Below are positions 46,513 through 59,000 of a stretch of 64,000 nt of DNA, piece by piece (position 1 is the stretch's first letter; every line of letters starts with the position of its first letter). The notes beneath the pieces are model-generated. The model was not told where the DNA came from and made no database searches. It saw only the letters and a program-made list of their open reading frames with translations. A program made the position numbers and the translations under genes. The stretch is from a virus, in the IMG/VR virus record IMGVR_UViG_3300025141_008848, positions 1-64,000 of that record, one strand, 5' to 3'.

Positions 46513-48462
46513 ATGACAATTCAAGAAGAATTACTTAAGGCAGCCAGGGACAAGAAAACCTGGATACAATTATCTGGTCCCCAGCAAGATGAAGCTAGAA
46601 ACCAATCCTACGACCCAACCAGTTGGAACGCAGCTTTTGCACCTCCAGTTAGTAGGAATAGGTCAGGACCACCAGTAACACCAGGAACTACATGGGAAAA
46701 ATTACAAAAACTTGTTACAGAAAGGACACCAAATAAAGGTTTAGAAGTTGGTGACCTGGAAAAAATGTCTACAATACTTAAAGAAATTAGAACTGCAAAT
46801 GTTGGAACTATAGCTCAGATGGAAGTAATTCTTGACCTATTAGCTTTAGAAGACACTATAAGGTTAGATATATCCAAGTCACTGGGTATGTCCAACGAAC
46901 AACTGTTTGATACTATTGGTGGTTTAAATGAAGCGGGTATGGCCGCAGCTCAGTTTGCTCTAACAGTTGATGACTTATTTGCGACATTTAAAGAAATGTC
47001 CATGGAAGTTGGGAGAAACATATATATACCACCGGAAACAGTGACAAGAGCTGCACTACTAACCAAAACATTAGACGGATTTGATGCTGGATTATTTGCA
47101 GAAGGGTTTGACACGATAGGTTTAAGTTTAGAGACTGCAATGGGAGCGGTAGATGAAAGTGATAATTCCATGTCGGAGATACTACAAACAGGTAGAGAGT
47201 TTGGTGTGGTTATGGAAAAATTTCTAGGTAATGTTGGTTCTAATCTAAAATTAATTAATACATATGGATTTGAAAAGGGTATTGCTGGATTAGGAAGTAT
47301 GGTTGCGAGAGGACAGGCATTGGGTATAGAAATGAGTACTGTTACTAGTTTAGCTGATAAATTCTTTGACCCAGAAGGTGCAATTGATTTCGCTGCACAA
47401 ATGAATGTAATAGGTGGTGCTGTTGGTGATTTAGCCGACCCATTCAAACTTATGTATATGGCAACAAACGACTTAGAAGGTCTACAAGTAGCCATTGCAG
47501 ATACCGCTGCGGCTGCTGTACATTTTGATAAAGAAAAAAATAAATTCTCGATATCACCAGATTCAAGAAGACAGTTAAAGGCAATGGCCGAACAAATGGG
47601 TATGAGTTACCAAGAATTAGCGGATACTGCAGTTAGGTCAGCTAGAAGAGCCGAAGTATTTACCCAGATTGGAGACTTTAGTGATATGAAGGAAACCGAT
47701 AAAGAACTACTAGCTTCAATGGCTCAGATTGGAAAAGGTGGTAGAGCGGAGGTAAAAATACCAGGAATTGAAGAAATGGTGGATGTTTCTAATGTTACCG
47801 AACAACAAATGGAACTATTAAGAAAAGAAGGTATGTCCGATAGTGATATCTACGCACAACAACTTACAGTAGCTGAAAAGGCAAATCAAATGTTAGCGAC
47901 AATAGACGCTAGTATGAGATTATTTGTGGGACAATCTGGGATTAATGATGAAGGTATTAAAAGAGAGTCACTAACCCAAACGATAGCAGGGTCACTTCCT
48001 GGTTTATCACCAGAAGATTTACAAGATTTAAGAGATGGTGATTTTGATAAAATTGAAGCTAAGATTGAAAAAGCTGGACTTGATGGGGCAACCAAAGCAC
48101 TAAAGGAATTAAAAAAGATGCAAGTTAACGATGCGATAATCACTCCAGAGGGTATAACCACTTTTGATAAAGGTGACATTTTAGTAGCCGCACAAAAAGC
48201 AAACGTCCATCTTGGGGATGGACAAGATAATGCAAGTAGAACAGAGACACTAAGTAAAAGCATAACAGAACACACAAATACCAATACAAATACTAATAAT
48301 ACATCTTTTAGAGGAGCTAAATTAGAATTAAGTGGTAATATTAATGTGAATAATGGGGAAGGTAAAATGAATGGACAACAGTTTTTAAAATTACTAGAGA
48401 TGGACAGGGGAGTCGCTTTACAAGCAAGTAAATTAATAAGTGACGCAATGGGCCAAGGATAG
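46513..48462 (+). CDS. Tape-measure-like protein
   Basis: Ala/Gly/Met-rich helical composition (LKAMAEQMGMSYQEL); follows tube and chaperone genes. Confidence 0.65.
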   Translation: MTIQEELLKAARDKKTWIQLSGPQQDEARNQSYDPTSWNAAFAPPVSRNRSGPPVTPGTTWEKLQKLVTERTPNKGLEVGDLEKMSTILKEIRTANVGTIAQMEVILDLLALEDTIRLDISKSLGMSNEQLFDTIGGLNEAGMAAAQFALTVDDLFATFKEMSMEVGRNIYIPPETVTRAALLTKTLDGFDAGLFAEGFDTIGLSLETAMGAVDESDNSMSEILQTGREFGVVMEKFLGNVGSNLKLINTYGFEKGIAGLGSMVARGQALGIEMSTVTSLADKFFDPEGAIDFAAQMNVIGGAVGDLADPFKLMYMATNDLEGLQVAIADTAAAAVHFDKEKNKFSISPDSRRQLKAMAEQMGMSYQELADTAVRSARRAEVFTQIGDFSDMKETDKELLASMAQIGKGGRAEVKIPGIEEMVDVSNVTEQQMELLRKEGMSDSDIYAQQLTVAEKANQMLATIDASMRLFVGQSGINDEGIKRESLTQTIAGSLPGLSPEDLQDLRDGDFDKIEAKIEKAGLDGATKALKELKKMQVNDAIITPEGITTFDKGDILVAAQKANVHLGDGQDNASRTETLSKSITEHTNTNTNTNNTSFRGAKLELSGNINVNNGEGKMNGQQFLKLLEMDRGVALQASKLISDAMGQG

Positions 48463-48529
48463 GAGTATTATTTACCTAAACACTTTTACAAAATCACCTT
48501 ACAATCTATTTATTATAAAAGAATAATAA

Positions 48530-51500
48530 ATGTCAATAGGAACAAATACAGGAGGAGTGCAAGCATTTGGTATGATGGGGCCTTATAAACCCAATGTCGC
48601 ATCCACCAAAAGCATAAGGACATTCCTACTAGGTAAAAACCTACAGAGTTCCTATTTAGCGGATGGTAATCCTGTATCACCATCTTTTGGTATCCAACCA
48701 CCAGGAAATCAAATAATAAATGAAATACACGAACAATCGGTAATAGACCACCCAACAGTAGAAGAGACCGCACAACCAAAACTAAAGAGTTTATTTTTAG
48801 ATAATAGTTATGGTCCAGAAGACGGGTACACCGATGTTCAAATAATAGACGTTAAAAAAGTATTACCTAGAAGAGGTGTGGACTACATAACACCATATAC
48901 ATTACAACCTAAATCATTTGTTTCTTCCGAGTATACTCCAGGTGAGATACTCGAAACAGTAAATATAACTAATGGAATTGTTAATACAGTTAATAGTAAA
49001 ATTTTAAATGATAGTGAATTACAACAAAGGTCTAGTGGAGCATTAAGAGAACAATTAGGTTATAATCAAGGGTGGTTTGATAAAGATACAAGTGAGACCG
49101 GTTCCTATGTCTTTAATGTAAGTGCGTCTCCAGGAAAAAAAGAATTAACAGGCACTGATTATTTATCCAGAATAACTAATTTATATTACGGATACTCAAA
49201 TATACCAGGGTATTATTTTGCAGGAATCTTTAAACCAGATATTAATTATTTGGTTAAAAATGGGGTTAGTATGACAGATACTTTTGGTAATGTACAGGCG
49301 ACAGCCAATGCTCTAGCTAATATACTAGGAGGTGGGAATAACATACCCACGACGCCCACACAAAATCCCGAACCAAGTGATAGATTTATCACCTATATGG
49401 GTGAAGAACAACAACATGTATTATTTACTTCTTTAAGTTATAACAAATATAGACCAGATTATTCTAGGGTACAACTAAGACAATCTGTAGATAATGTAAC
49501 CCCATACTACTATGTAGGGTCCAAAGAATCGGACCCAAGCACTATACAATCTCCAATGGGAGCCATTCCGATGGATGAATTTGGTAGACCAGTATTAGCT
49601 CTAGTATATGGACCATCTACATTAGCAAAACAATTAGAAACAGTAAATGGACAAGCGTTGTGGCCTTATTATATGTTTGGTCTGGAAGGGAGTGCGTATA
49701 TCGATGGTGGTAGTTTAGCGGGTGGTTGGACCTGGATGGGAAACCAATCATTTGCCTCATTAAACGCACCATATGATTTATTAGCAACTAGGTCATTCCA
49801 AAAACCAAAACGAAAAGGCGGGATATTAGACCAAACTCAGAAATTAATAGACTCCGCCCCACTAATGGGAGGTGCTAGAAGAAAACATGCTGGTCATGCC
49901 ATAGACCAGACCTCAAAAGTATTTAATGATGGGTACAAAGACATATCTAAAGGTTCCGGAGTTAGATTTGTGGATGAAAGTAAGGGTGTTTTTGGTATTG
50001 GAGCTGGATTAGTAGCGAGAGAATTTTGTAGGACTTGGACAAAAGATAACCCATATTATAAAATGAGTAATCTACAACGATATAAAGGTAATCATTTAGG
50101 TAAGGAAGGGTCAGTACTAACAAATACATTTAATTTAAATATTGCTCCTATTTTTGGAGTAAATGTAGATGCGAATGCAACAGAAAAAAATGTAAAAAAA
50201 TATATGTTTTCTATTGAAAATCTTGCGTGGAGAGGTACTTCTGAACTTTTACAATTACCTAAATCTGAAAGAGGGCCCGGTGGTGGTAGGGTTATGTGGT
50301 TTCCTCCATATGAGTTAACCGTTGGTGATACTAGTTCGGCTCAGTGGAACCCAGTAACTTTTTTAGGAAGGCCCGAACCTATATATACGTATAGTCACGC
50401 AGAAAGAATTGGTACTTTAGGATTTAAAATAGTAGTTGACCATCCATCGATATTAAATACTATTGTTGAAAACACATTAAAAGGTATTCCGGACTATGTT
50501 GCGGACCAAGCATTAGAAGCTTTCTTTGCTGGATGTAAAGAATATGATATTTACGAATTAGCTGCTATGTACCCTAATTTATCTGTGGATGATATTATTA
50601 CCTTACAGAATGATGTAACTGCAGAATTTAAGTCAGACGCAAAAGAAACACTTAAAGATAACACTAATGGTGTAAACTCAGCAACAAAACCTGTGGGAGA
50701 TGATGATTTTCCTAATGATGCTAATAGTGCAAGCTCGGATGGGTCATTCCCTAATACAGCCAACAACAATACAGAAAATACATCCAAAGGAGTATCATTT
50801 GCTTCTTTTTGGGAAAAACTAAAAGGTGAAAAACCAACACAAGAAGAACAAAACGCAGCAAACAATAAAGTAACAACAACTAAAAAATTAGATACAGCAA
50901 AAATACTGGCTAAATTATTAGGAGAAGAGAATTATTTTAACGCATTAAAAGAAGATGACGAGTTTGTGTACAACTCCTTAAAAAGAGAACTACAACACTT
51001 CCACCCGTCATTTCACTCGATGACACCAGAAGGGTTAAATAACAGGTTAAGTTTCCTATTACAATGTACTAGACCAGGGAATACAATACCAACCGTAAAC
51101 CAAGACGGTTCTTTAGATAGTGAAAGAGATGTTGATAATACTGCATTCGGAGCACCACCAGTTTGTATATTAAGGATTGGTGATTTTTACCACACTAAAA
51201 TTGCAATTGATTCTGTAAGTTTTAGTTACGACCCGTTAATACTTGATTTAAATCCTGAAGGAATAGGTGTACAACCTATGATAGCAACGGTTTCTATGAA
51301 CTTTAAATATATCGGGGGTCAAGGACTAGAAGGTCCAGTATCACAATTACAAAACGCTTTATCAAATAATTTCTTTGCTAACACAGAGATGTATAATAAT
51401 AGAAGCGTGAGTACAGCATCCGATGGAGAGAAAAGTATTGTAGACGAACAAGAAATAATAAGAGAGTTAGAAACTGAACAAGCTAACGCAGCGAATGGAG

Positions 51501-51583
51501 AGAAAGAAGGTAATGGTTCTAAAGGGTCGAGTTCAGATGGAGACCCATCAGGCAAAGGATGGAGTTGGTTTAAGAAGAAATAA
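48530..51583 (+). CDS. Putative baseplate/tail structural protein
   Basis: WNPVTFLGRPEPIYTY...R...LGF; APPVCILRIGD...IDSVSFSYD...QPMIATVSMNFKYIG (tube-initiator-like motifs). Confidence 0.6.
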   Translation: MSIGTNTGGVQAFGMMGPYKPNVASTKSIRTFLLGKNLQSSYLADGNPVSPSFGIQPPGNQIINEIHEQSVIDHPTVEETAQPKLKSLFLDNSYGPEDGYTDVQIIDVKKVLPRRGVDYITPYTLQPKSFVSSEYTPGEILETVNITNGIVNTVNSKILNDSELQQRSSGALREQLGYNQGWFDKDTSETGSYVFNVSASPGKKELTGTDYLSRITNLYYGYSNIPGYYFAGIFKPDINYLVKNGVSMTDTFGNVQATANALANILGGGNNIPTTPTQNPEPSDRFITYMGEEQQHVLFTSLSYNKYRPDYSRVQLRQSVDNVTPYYYVGSKESDPSTIQSPMGAIPMDEFGRPVLALVYGPSTLAKQLETVNGQALWPYYMFGLEGSAYIDGGSLAGGWTWMGNQSFASLNAPYDLLATRSFQKPKRKGGILDQTQKLIDSAPLMGGARRKHAGHAIDQTSKVFNDGYKDISKGSGVRFVDESKGVFGIGAGLVAREFCRTWTKDNPYYKMSNLQRYKGNHLGKEGSVLTNTFNLNIAPIFGVNVDANATEKNVKKYMFSIENLAWRGTSELLQLPKSERGPGGGRVMWFPPYELTVGDTSSAQWNPVTFLGRPEPIYTYSHAERIGTLGFKIVVDHPSILNTIVENTLKGIPDYVADQALEAFFAGCKEYDIYELAAMYPNLSVDDIITLQNDVTAEFKSDAKETLKDNTNGVNSATKPVGDDDFPNDANSASSDGSFPNTANNNTENTSKGVSFASFWEKLKGEKPTQEEQNAANNKVTTTKKLDTAKILAKLLGEENYFNALKEDDEFVYNSLKRELQHFHPSFHSMTPEGLNNRLSFLLQCTRPGNTIPTVNQDGSLDSERDVDNTAFGAPPVCILRIGDFYHTKIAIDSVSFSYDPLILDLNPEGIGVQPMIATVSMNFKYIGGQGLEGPVSQLQNALSNNFFANTEMYNNRSVSTASDGEKSIVDEQEIIRELETEQANAANGEKEGNGSKGSSSDGDPSGKGWSWFKKK

Positions 51584-51597
51584 TTAAAAACTAAAAA

Positions 51598-52680
51598 ATG
51601 GCAGAAGATTTAAATTATAAAAACCTATTAAATAATTTTATAGATAGTAGTAAATTATATTCTCTAGATGTTAAAACTAGACTGAATAATTTATTCCTAT
51701 ACTCCAGTATGGGAAATGTAGAAGAAATAATGTTTTCTAGAAATTTTTATACTGGTACATTAGGAACAACTTCAGGTAATCTAGTGGGCATACCAAATGA
51801 GGTTATAAGTAGGATAACAACTTATTATACAACTCTTAAACAAAATATAAGTGGGGAAACCACCACAATACAAATAAAACTTAATGAGTGTGCCCCATCA
51901 GAATATGAAAAATTATATATTAAAAATGTACTATACACTACATTAGAACAACAATTAAATGAGGTAATGAGACAAACAATAACGGTAGTTAATAGTTTTA
52001 GAGGCCTACAAGAAAATATCACTAAAACAATAGATAAATTAAATTTTATAACTACTAATAGTTACGATGGACAATATATCGACCCTAATGGTGGTAGAGT
52101 AGTAGCTTTACAACTAACAGGGACCACCGCATTAAATACATTAACCACTAGTTATAATACCAGTAATACCTACTTAAATACCTTTATAACTAATCATATT
52201 AATACAACGTTCCCAAAAAACTATCCCTCGAATGAGGAATATCTTTTCTTTAGTCCACTTATCTATACAAATGATTCACTCATATTTACATTTAATAATA
52301 GAGTACAATTAGAAAAATTATTAAAATATAGAAAAAGTACTCTATATGATGATTTAATAAAAGAAGATAAATCTGGAAAAAATGGGTTATATACTAGTAC
52401 CAAAATCAGATTTCAGGAAAAACTAAATAAAATAATAAGACCATGGATAGATTACGATACTAGTTTATTAGAACCTAGATTCACATCGAAGGTAGATTTA
52501 GGATATGAAACATTAATTGGTAGTTTAAATAATTATTATGTAGATTTTAAAGTGGGGTACAGTATCAATACCGGATATACCGCAGAAAATCTAATTAGAG
52601 TTAATTTACGTGATAAAAACATGGGAATAAGTGACAATAAGTTCAACTATAAAATGGAACAACAATTATACGTTAGTTAA
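51598..52680 (+). CDS. Hypothetical protein (baseplate region)
   Basis: 360-aa operonic ORF. Confidence 0.65.
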   Translation: MAEDLNYKNLLNNFIDSSKLYSLDVKTRLNNLFLYSSMGNVEEIMFSRNFYTGTLGTTSGNLVGIPNEVISRITTYYTTLKQNISGETTTIQIKLNECAPSEYEKLYIKNVLYTTLEQQLNEVMRQTITVVNSFRGLQENITKTIDKLNFITTNSYDGQYIDPNGGRVVALQLTGTTALNTLTTSYNTSNTYLNTFITNHINTTFPKNYPSNEEYLFFSPLIYTNDSLIFTFNNRVQLEKLLKYRKSTLYDDLIKEDKSGKNGLYTSTKIRFQEKLNKIIRPWIDYDTSLLEPRFTSKVDLGYETLIGSLNNYYVDFKVGYSINTGYTAENLIRVNLRDKNMGISDNKFNYKMEQQLYVS

Positions 52681-52685
52681 TAGAT

Positions 52686-53003
52686 ATGAGTTATTATAAT
52701 AGATATAATGAATTTATTGTTAATGGAGATTATATTATGGTCCCTAGCATAAGACTATCACCCAAATCCAGTGATAGAAAAATAGTTTATAAAGTTGGGA
52801 AAACTAGATTAGATAAACTCTCAGAACAATTTTACACATCACCGTATTACGGTTGGCTAATAATGCAAGCAAACCCAACTTACGGTGGACAAGAATGGAA
52901 TATACCAGACGGGACCATAATTACCGTACCATTCCCATTAATGCAATCACTAGAGGACTATAAATCAAAATTAGACCAACACTTCCTCTATTATGGCAGA
53001 TAA
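52686..53003 (+). CDS. LysM-like/gp53-like baseplate wedge protein
   Basis: RLDKLSEQFY..PYYGWLIMQANP...IPDGTIITVP. Confidence 0.75.
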   Translation: MSYYNRYNEFIVNGDYIMVPSIRLSPKSSDRKIVYKVGKTRLDKLSEQFYTSPYYGWLIMQANPTYGGQEWNIPDGTIITVPFPLMQSLEDYKSKLDQHFLYYGR

Positions 53004-56000
53004 ATTAAATTCAGGAAATATACTCACCACACAAATAGGTGGTAATGTTGTACTCATAGACCCGAATAAGATAGTTACATCAGATGGTGAGGTCAAAGAT
53101 AGATTAGTAGAACAAGAAGATTTTGTGATGTATGCTAATTTAACAGCTAAAATTTTTCCACGTAGTAAATTATTAGTTGGGGCAGCAGCTGGAGACGAGA
53201 TAAGGGTAGAAATTGCAGGTGGGGATTTAAATTTCTTAAAACCAGAAGGGAAAAGTTCCTTGGACTCAGATTGGACCGAAGCATTCACTAATCCAGATGT
53301 AAATAAAAAAATTAAAACAACGACTAAGGCAGGTGTAGAGATAGCTACTGATATACAAAACCGAAATGACTTCCAAGGGTTTGGAATAACATCTATAAGT
53401 ATTAAAGTAAATTCCTCCTATATACCCCAAGTAAGTATAAACTTTACCGATATTCGAGGTAAAACGCTATTTGAACAAGCAAAAGTTAATACACCCTACA
53501 CAGCTTTTTTTCACCTACCATACCCCACATTTTTTTTAACATTAAAAGGTTATTACGGTAAAGCGGTACAATATCAGTTAACTTTAGAAAAATTTGTATC
53601 GAGATTTGACCCTAGTAGTGGAGACTATTTGGTTACATGTGATTTTAAAGGTAATCATATAGCATTACTAAGGGATATAAATATGCATGAAGCGGTGACG
53701 GCACCCTACATGTACCCAACTAGACAAGACCCAAAGAGTGGAGATGTCACAATGACCAAAGGAAGACAAACATTAGGGGAGGTATATAGAGAATACTATA
53801 CTAAAGGATTGATTGGAGATGACATCTATGAAAGACAATATACTATAGTAGAACTTATAGAAAAAATTCAAGCGATAGATAATGATATGTCCGAGGTATT
53901 TGGTAAGGCTAATTTGGAATCTACCACACATAAATTAGAATTCGCAGAAACTTTGAAGAAATTTAAAGAAGGTGTTATGGGTAAAAAGGGATGGGCTGGT
54001 AAATATCTAGACACTAGACAAATAATGAGAAGGGATATAACTGTAGACGAACCCCCACTTCCCGTATTTAATTCTGACGGTACATTAAATCACAACCCTT
54101 CTAATACCGGAAGAACAATCACAACCGCTGCATATCCTTTAAAAGGGATGTCAGCCACAACATTAGAGACAGACCCCACAAAAAAATTAGATGCTGTAAA
54201 GAAAATTAAAGATAAGGCTGAACAGGCATTAGAAGCAATAACAACTAAGTATATAAAGTTACTGTCTCAAAACCCAACGTTTAATTTTAATAGTGATGAA
54301 GAAGGTGGTAAATATGCGGTAAAAACTCGGCTTAACGACCCTTCATTTAATGTGTTTGAGAATGCACAAGTTAAAGGCAATGTTACAATTGGAACCACCA
54401 CAACACAATTAAACCAAAATGTAGCACCCTGGTTTGTTTTTGAGGGTGGCCAAGATAGCTTCATGACTATATGGCTCATAACAAAAAGAGTGTTTGAAAG
54501 TAAAGGGGAACAATTAGCTAATGATTTAAGTGTTAAATTAAATAGTAGACTACAAAAAGTAATAGGATTTAAACCCACCATTAGAAATGTATTCTCTATT
54601 ATTTTAGCTGGTGCAGATACTTTTCTTAAATTATTAGATGATGTACATGTAGATGCGTTTGCACAACGTACCAACGAACAAAGATTAGCAGCCGCTAATT
54701 CATCTGATGATACAATAAAAAATGTACCAAAAGACAAACAAATAGTTTATCCATGGCCCCAATATTATAAAATTGAAGACCAACAAAAAGGGGAGGGATG
54801 TAGCACAACTTCTTCTGTTTTAACTTATCCTGGGGCAAATGACGTTATAGCGAATACATTAGCTAATAATAGTAAAATTTGGCCAGAAGTAGCTTTTGTA
54901 GAAGAATACACAAAAGCGACAAATTATAAATTTGCCACCTTCAACCCAACAGTTGTTAATGAAGGGGTAGATAAAGACTTTACACCAATAACTGTGGAGG
55001 ATTGGCCACCAACACTAACCCCATACGATAATCCCGAAGATGTAGAAATATGGTTTGAAATTTTAAATAGAGCACAATCAGTTGCTTTAAAGGGTGGTCT
55101 CACAACACGATATCCTAGCTCAACAACACAAGTAGGTTCAGCTATAAGTGAACTTGCAACGTATGATGGTTTAAATCTATACAAAAGAATAAGAGATTAT
55201 GCTACGAGGAAACAGATTTTTTTAGATATAGCTGGACTAACCCAAATACTAAGTATTATATCAGAAGCGGAACCATCTAGATTTTTTTTGTATCAAACAT
55301 TTGGGGTGATTACACCATATGACACAAAACCCACATTTACTCTAAACTATAAACCAAACGCTTATACCGTAGTTGGACAAGAATTTAGTATAAATTCAAC
55401 AGCTTTGGCAATAGGTAAAATGCCCGGATTTTGGGATTTAGCTCCATGCATTTGGGGACCATGGGCACAAGAGAATTATGCAAATGGTAGGTCTACCGAA
55501 ATGTCACCAAACACTTTCTACAACATATCAAAAAATCTAACGTATGATATATTTGAAAAAAATGTTTTAACAGATACATGGACCACATTATATCTTACAA
55601 AAGGAAAATATAATTCTAATAATTTTATAGATGCGGACCAAGAACAAGCAGTGGAGAGAAGTTATAATGCATATCATTTGAATAGTGTTGATACAGTTGA
55701 TGAAGCATATGAATCTTATATAGAGCACAAACTAGTAACTGAAGGAGAAATACACATTAATCCCTCTACAACACTACCACCGACCGACCCACTAGGAAAC
55801 CCAACCGCGGTATCGTCTAGTTCAAATGCACAACCAACCAGACTAACATCCATGTTAAATACCCCTTATTTCATTAACTCATTGTTGGTGGGGGTTGATA
55901 TGGAAAAAAATAATACAACTCCTAATCCATATACACAATCAGCCTACCTATTTTTAAATTCATTACCATTACCTACTTTTAGAGAAAAAGCTTTATCTAC

Positions 56001-59000
56001 TAACGCAGAAGGAAATGAAGAATTTGGTGACTATATTTCCCAAATGTTTAATCAAATGCCTGCTGTACACAAGATACCAGTTTCTCTAATGTTAAAAATA
56101 GGTTCTATATGGTGGAGATATAAAGAACAAGTAAGGACACAAGTAGACCCACTATCATCAATATGGGGAAATATAGGATTTGCCACTGCTATTCCTGGAT
56201 TTACTGGTCCCGCTAATGTATATGATGATGTTAATGGTAATTTAAATACACTGAATTATTATAATGTAAATATAAATGGTAATACTTACCCTTATACCAC
56301 ACAACAAAATGTTACTAAGATTATGCAGGTTGGTGTGTATCCAGCTTTAATAAATGCCATAAATTTTATCGCTACCGGTACGGACACTTACGTGAATATT
56401 GGTGCAGGTCAAGTATTAAATAACTTAGTTGGGGCCGGAAGACCACTAACTATAAAACCTAACTCTAATTTAAAGTATACCGCAACTGATGGTACCGAAG
56501 TAAACTTCTATGATGTATATTTGAATTCAGCAAACATAACTTCACCTACCAACATCAGTACTCCGAATCAACCAGCACAGAATGATTTTCACATTCTTTA
56601 TCCTTCATCAGGTGGACTAGAACAAACAGACGCAAGTACTTATGACACAACAACTTTTGGGAATACAGCTTTACATAATGGAGCCTCAAGAATTCTATGG
56701 GGAGCTTCTAACTATGGTTATTTTGAGCATCGTCCAGGATACCAACCTACAGAATTCCAATACTTTAAAAAAATAGATAATACAAAAGATGAACAAGAAG
56801 CTTGGGAATTTAGAGAACTTGGTGACTACTCGACTATAGAAGTATTAAGAGGGGTGTTTAACACCGAACAATTAGATGCTTTTGAACAAGAATTTCTAAC
56901 ATTCTCAACACCACTAGGGTCTACTAGCCTTGGAGGTTCCTTAAAACAACTAATTAAAGAATTGGTGGTTGTTGAAAAGTCATGGGTGGAGACAGTAGCT
57001 CCAACTGCTTGGGGGTCATCGGTTGGTAGTAACAAATTAGCTGAAGCACAATTACTAAAATTTAATACTTCTATGTTTCACTTTTTAAATAAAAAAGTAG
57101 AATATATTCATAGAACAACCACTAATTTAGACTTAGTAGTAGGTAATGAAACATTATTACAAAGATTGAATTACATACACATGGTAAATAATAATGAAAT
57201 CAATACCACCAAAAACTCAAATAACATATCAGAAATTTATGGTACGTATTCTTCAAGTGTGGTACCAATTCCAGCTTCAGGGAGTCTAATAGGATTCCCA
57301 ACCAACCCACCAGCATACCAAGCAGTTAGAATATTTGTTGGTGAATATTACGCGAGTTCATTGGACCCACAGTTTGGTACACTAACACCAGAAAATCTAG
57401 CCAACCCCATATATAATTTTTTCACTACAATTAATAAAATAACACCAGATGGTATAGAGTTTAATGCAGCCAACGTTCGAGATTTCGCTCCACTTATTAA
57501 GTTATATGCGTCCTATGTTGCATTAAATGGTGTAGTACCTAATGGTGCAGCAGAGTTTTTAGATATTCTTATGGTTGAGGTAGATAGTTTACAACAACCA
57601 CAAGAATTATATATTAGTAATTTATTAACTGAAGTTAAAAAGTTAATAAAACAAAATCTAGAAAAAGATGACACAGCACTAACTGTTATAACAGATGATA
57701 GACCCGAAGTTAAATCCGATGACCTTAAACTAGAACTATACAACCAATTTAAAATAATTAATGATAGGTGGGTATCAGGAACTAACTTAACAGACCAGAC
57801 CCTATTTGAAAAATTTTTATTTTTAGATAGGGGAAACCAAGACATCGGAGACGAAGCAATTATTAATATTTGGGATATACTAAAACTGGATTCACCTTTC
57901 GAACAAACAAACTCTACAACCCTAACCCAAAGTGTCGCGAGTTACCTTAGTATAATATTAGGTAATAATTACTTTAATTTTATTCCACTGCCATCTTATA
58001 TAAATTTCTTTAGTGTGGAGAAGAAAGGATTAAACACCCAATTACAAGGAAATGCAATGTTTGGTACATTTAAAACAGTAGACTATATAGATTCTAGTCC
58101 TGCATTCCTATGTCAATACGTGGGAAAACCATCATCACAATTAAATGTTAAAACACCTAACAATGGTTATGAAGGAGACTCTTTTAAGTTTTCATCACCT
58201 AACAATCCACTAATAAGTGATGAGTGTGGAGATAAAGAGCTATCCAACAAAGTAATGGGATTCAATGTAGACTTTGGAATACCTAACCAAAACATTTTCG
58301 AGTCCATCACATTAGACCAATCACAATACCAGAACACCGCGGAAAGTTTTAAAATATTACAAAGTATGGCAGATTCAGGTGGTGGTGGTGCAACTTCACC
58401 AGCATCAGTATCATTATTTAATGTTTATGCTAGTAGGTCCTATACCGCAAAAGTATCTTGTGTGGGGAATGTTACCATACAGCCAACACAATATTTTCAG
58501 TTAAGGTACCTCCCTATGTTTAACGGGCCCTATTTAATTATTAATGTAGAACATGAAGTAAGACCAAATACTATTGAAACAAGTTTTGAAGGGGTAAGAG
58601 TACCACGACCAGTACTACCAAACATTAAAGACCTAATCCAACGAGTAAATAAAAAATTATATGAAAAAGCAGAAGAAAGATTAGGGGAGATACCTATAGA
58701 TTTATATTTTGACGCCTTAAGTGCAACAAAAAGTCAGAAAAACTTAGACAACACTAAAAATAATCATATAGCAAGTGCAACTACATTCCAGTCACCAGAG
58801 ATAGTAGCGGATAATGTAAGTTGGCAGGACGTCACATTATCAGCGGGAACCTTTGCGGTAACACCTAACGAAGACCCAGAAAAATTACATTTAGGGGTAG
58901 ACATATGCCCAACCTCTGATAAGTTACAAGATGCAAGTGATACGAATGGTGGAATATTAGTATACCCAACCATATACGGGAAAGTTACAAAGGTTGTTGA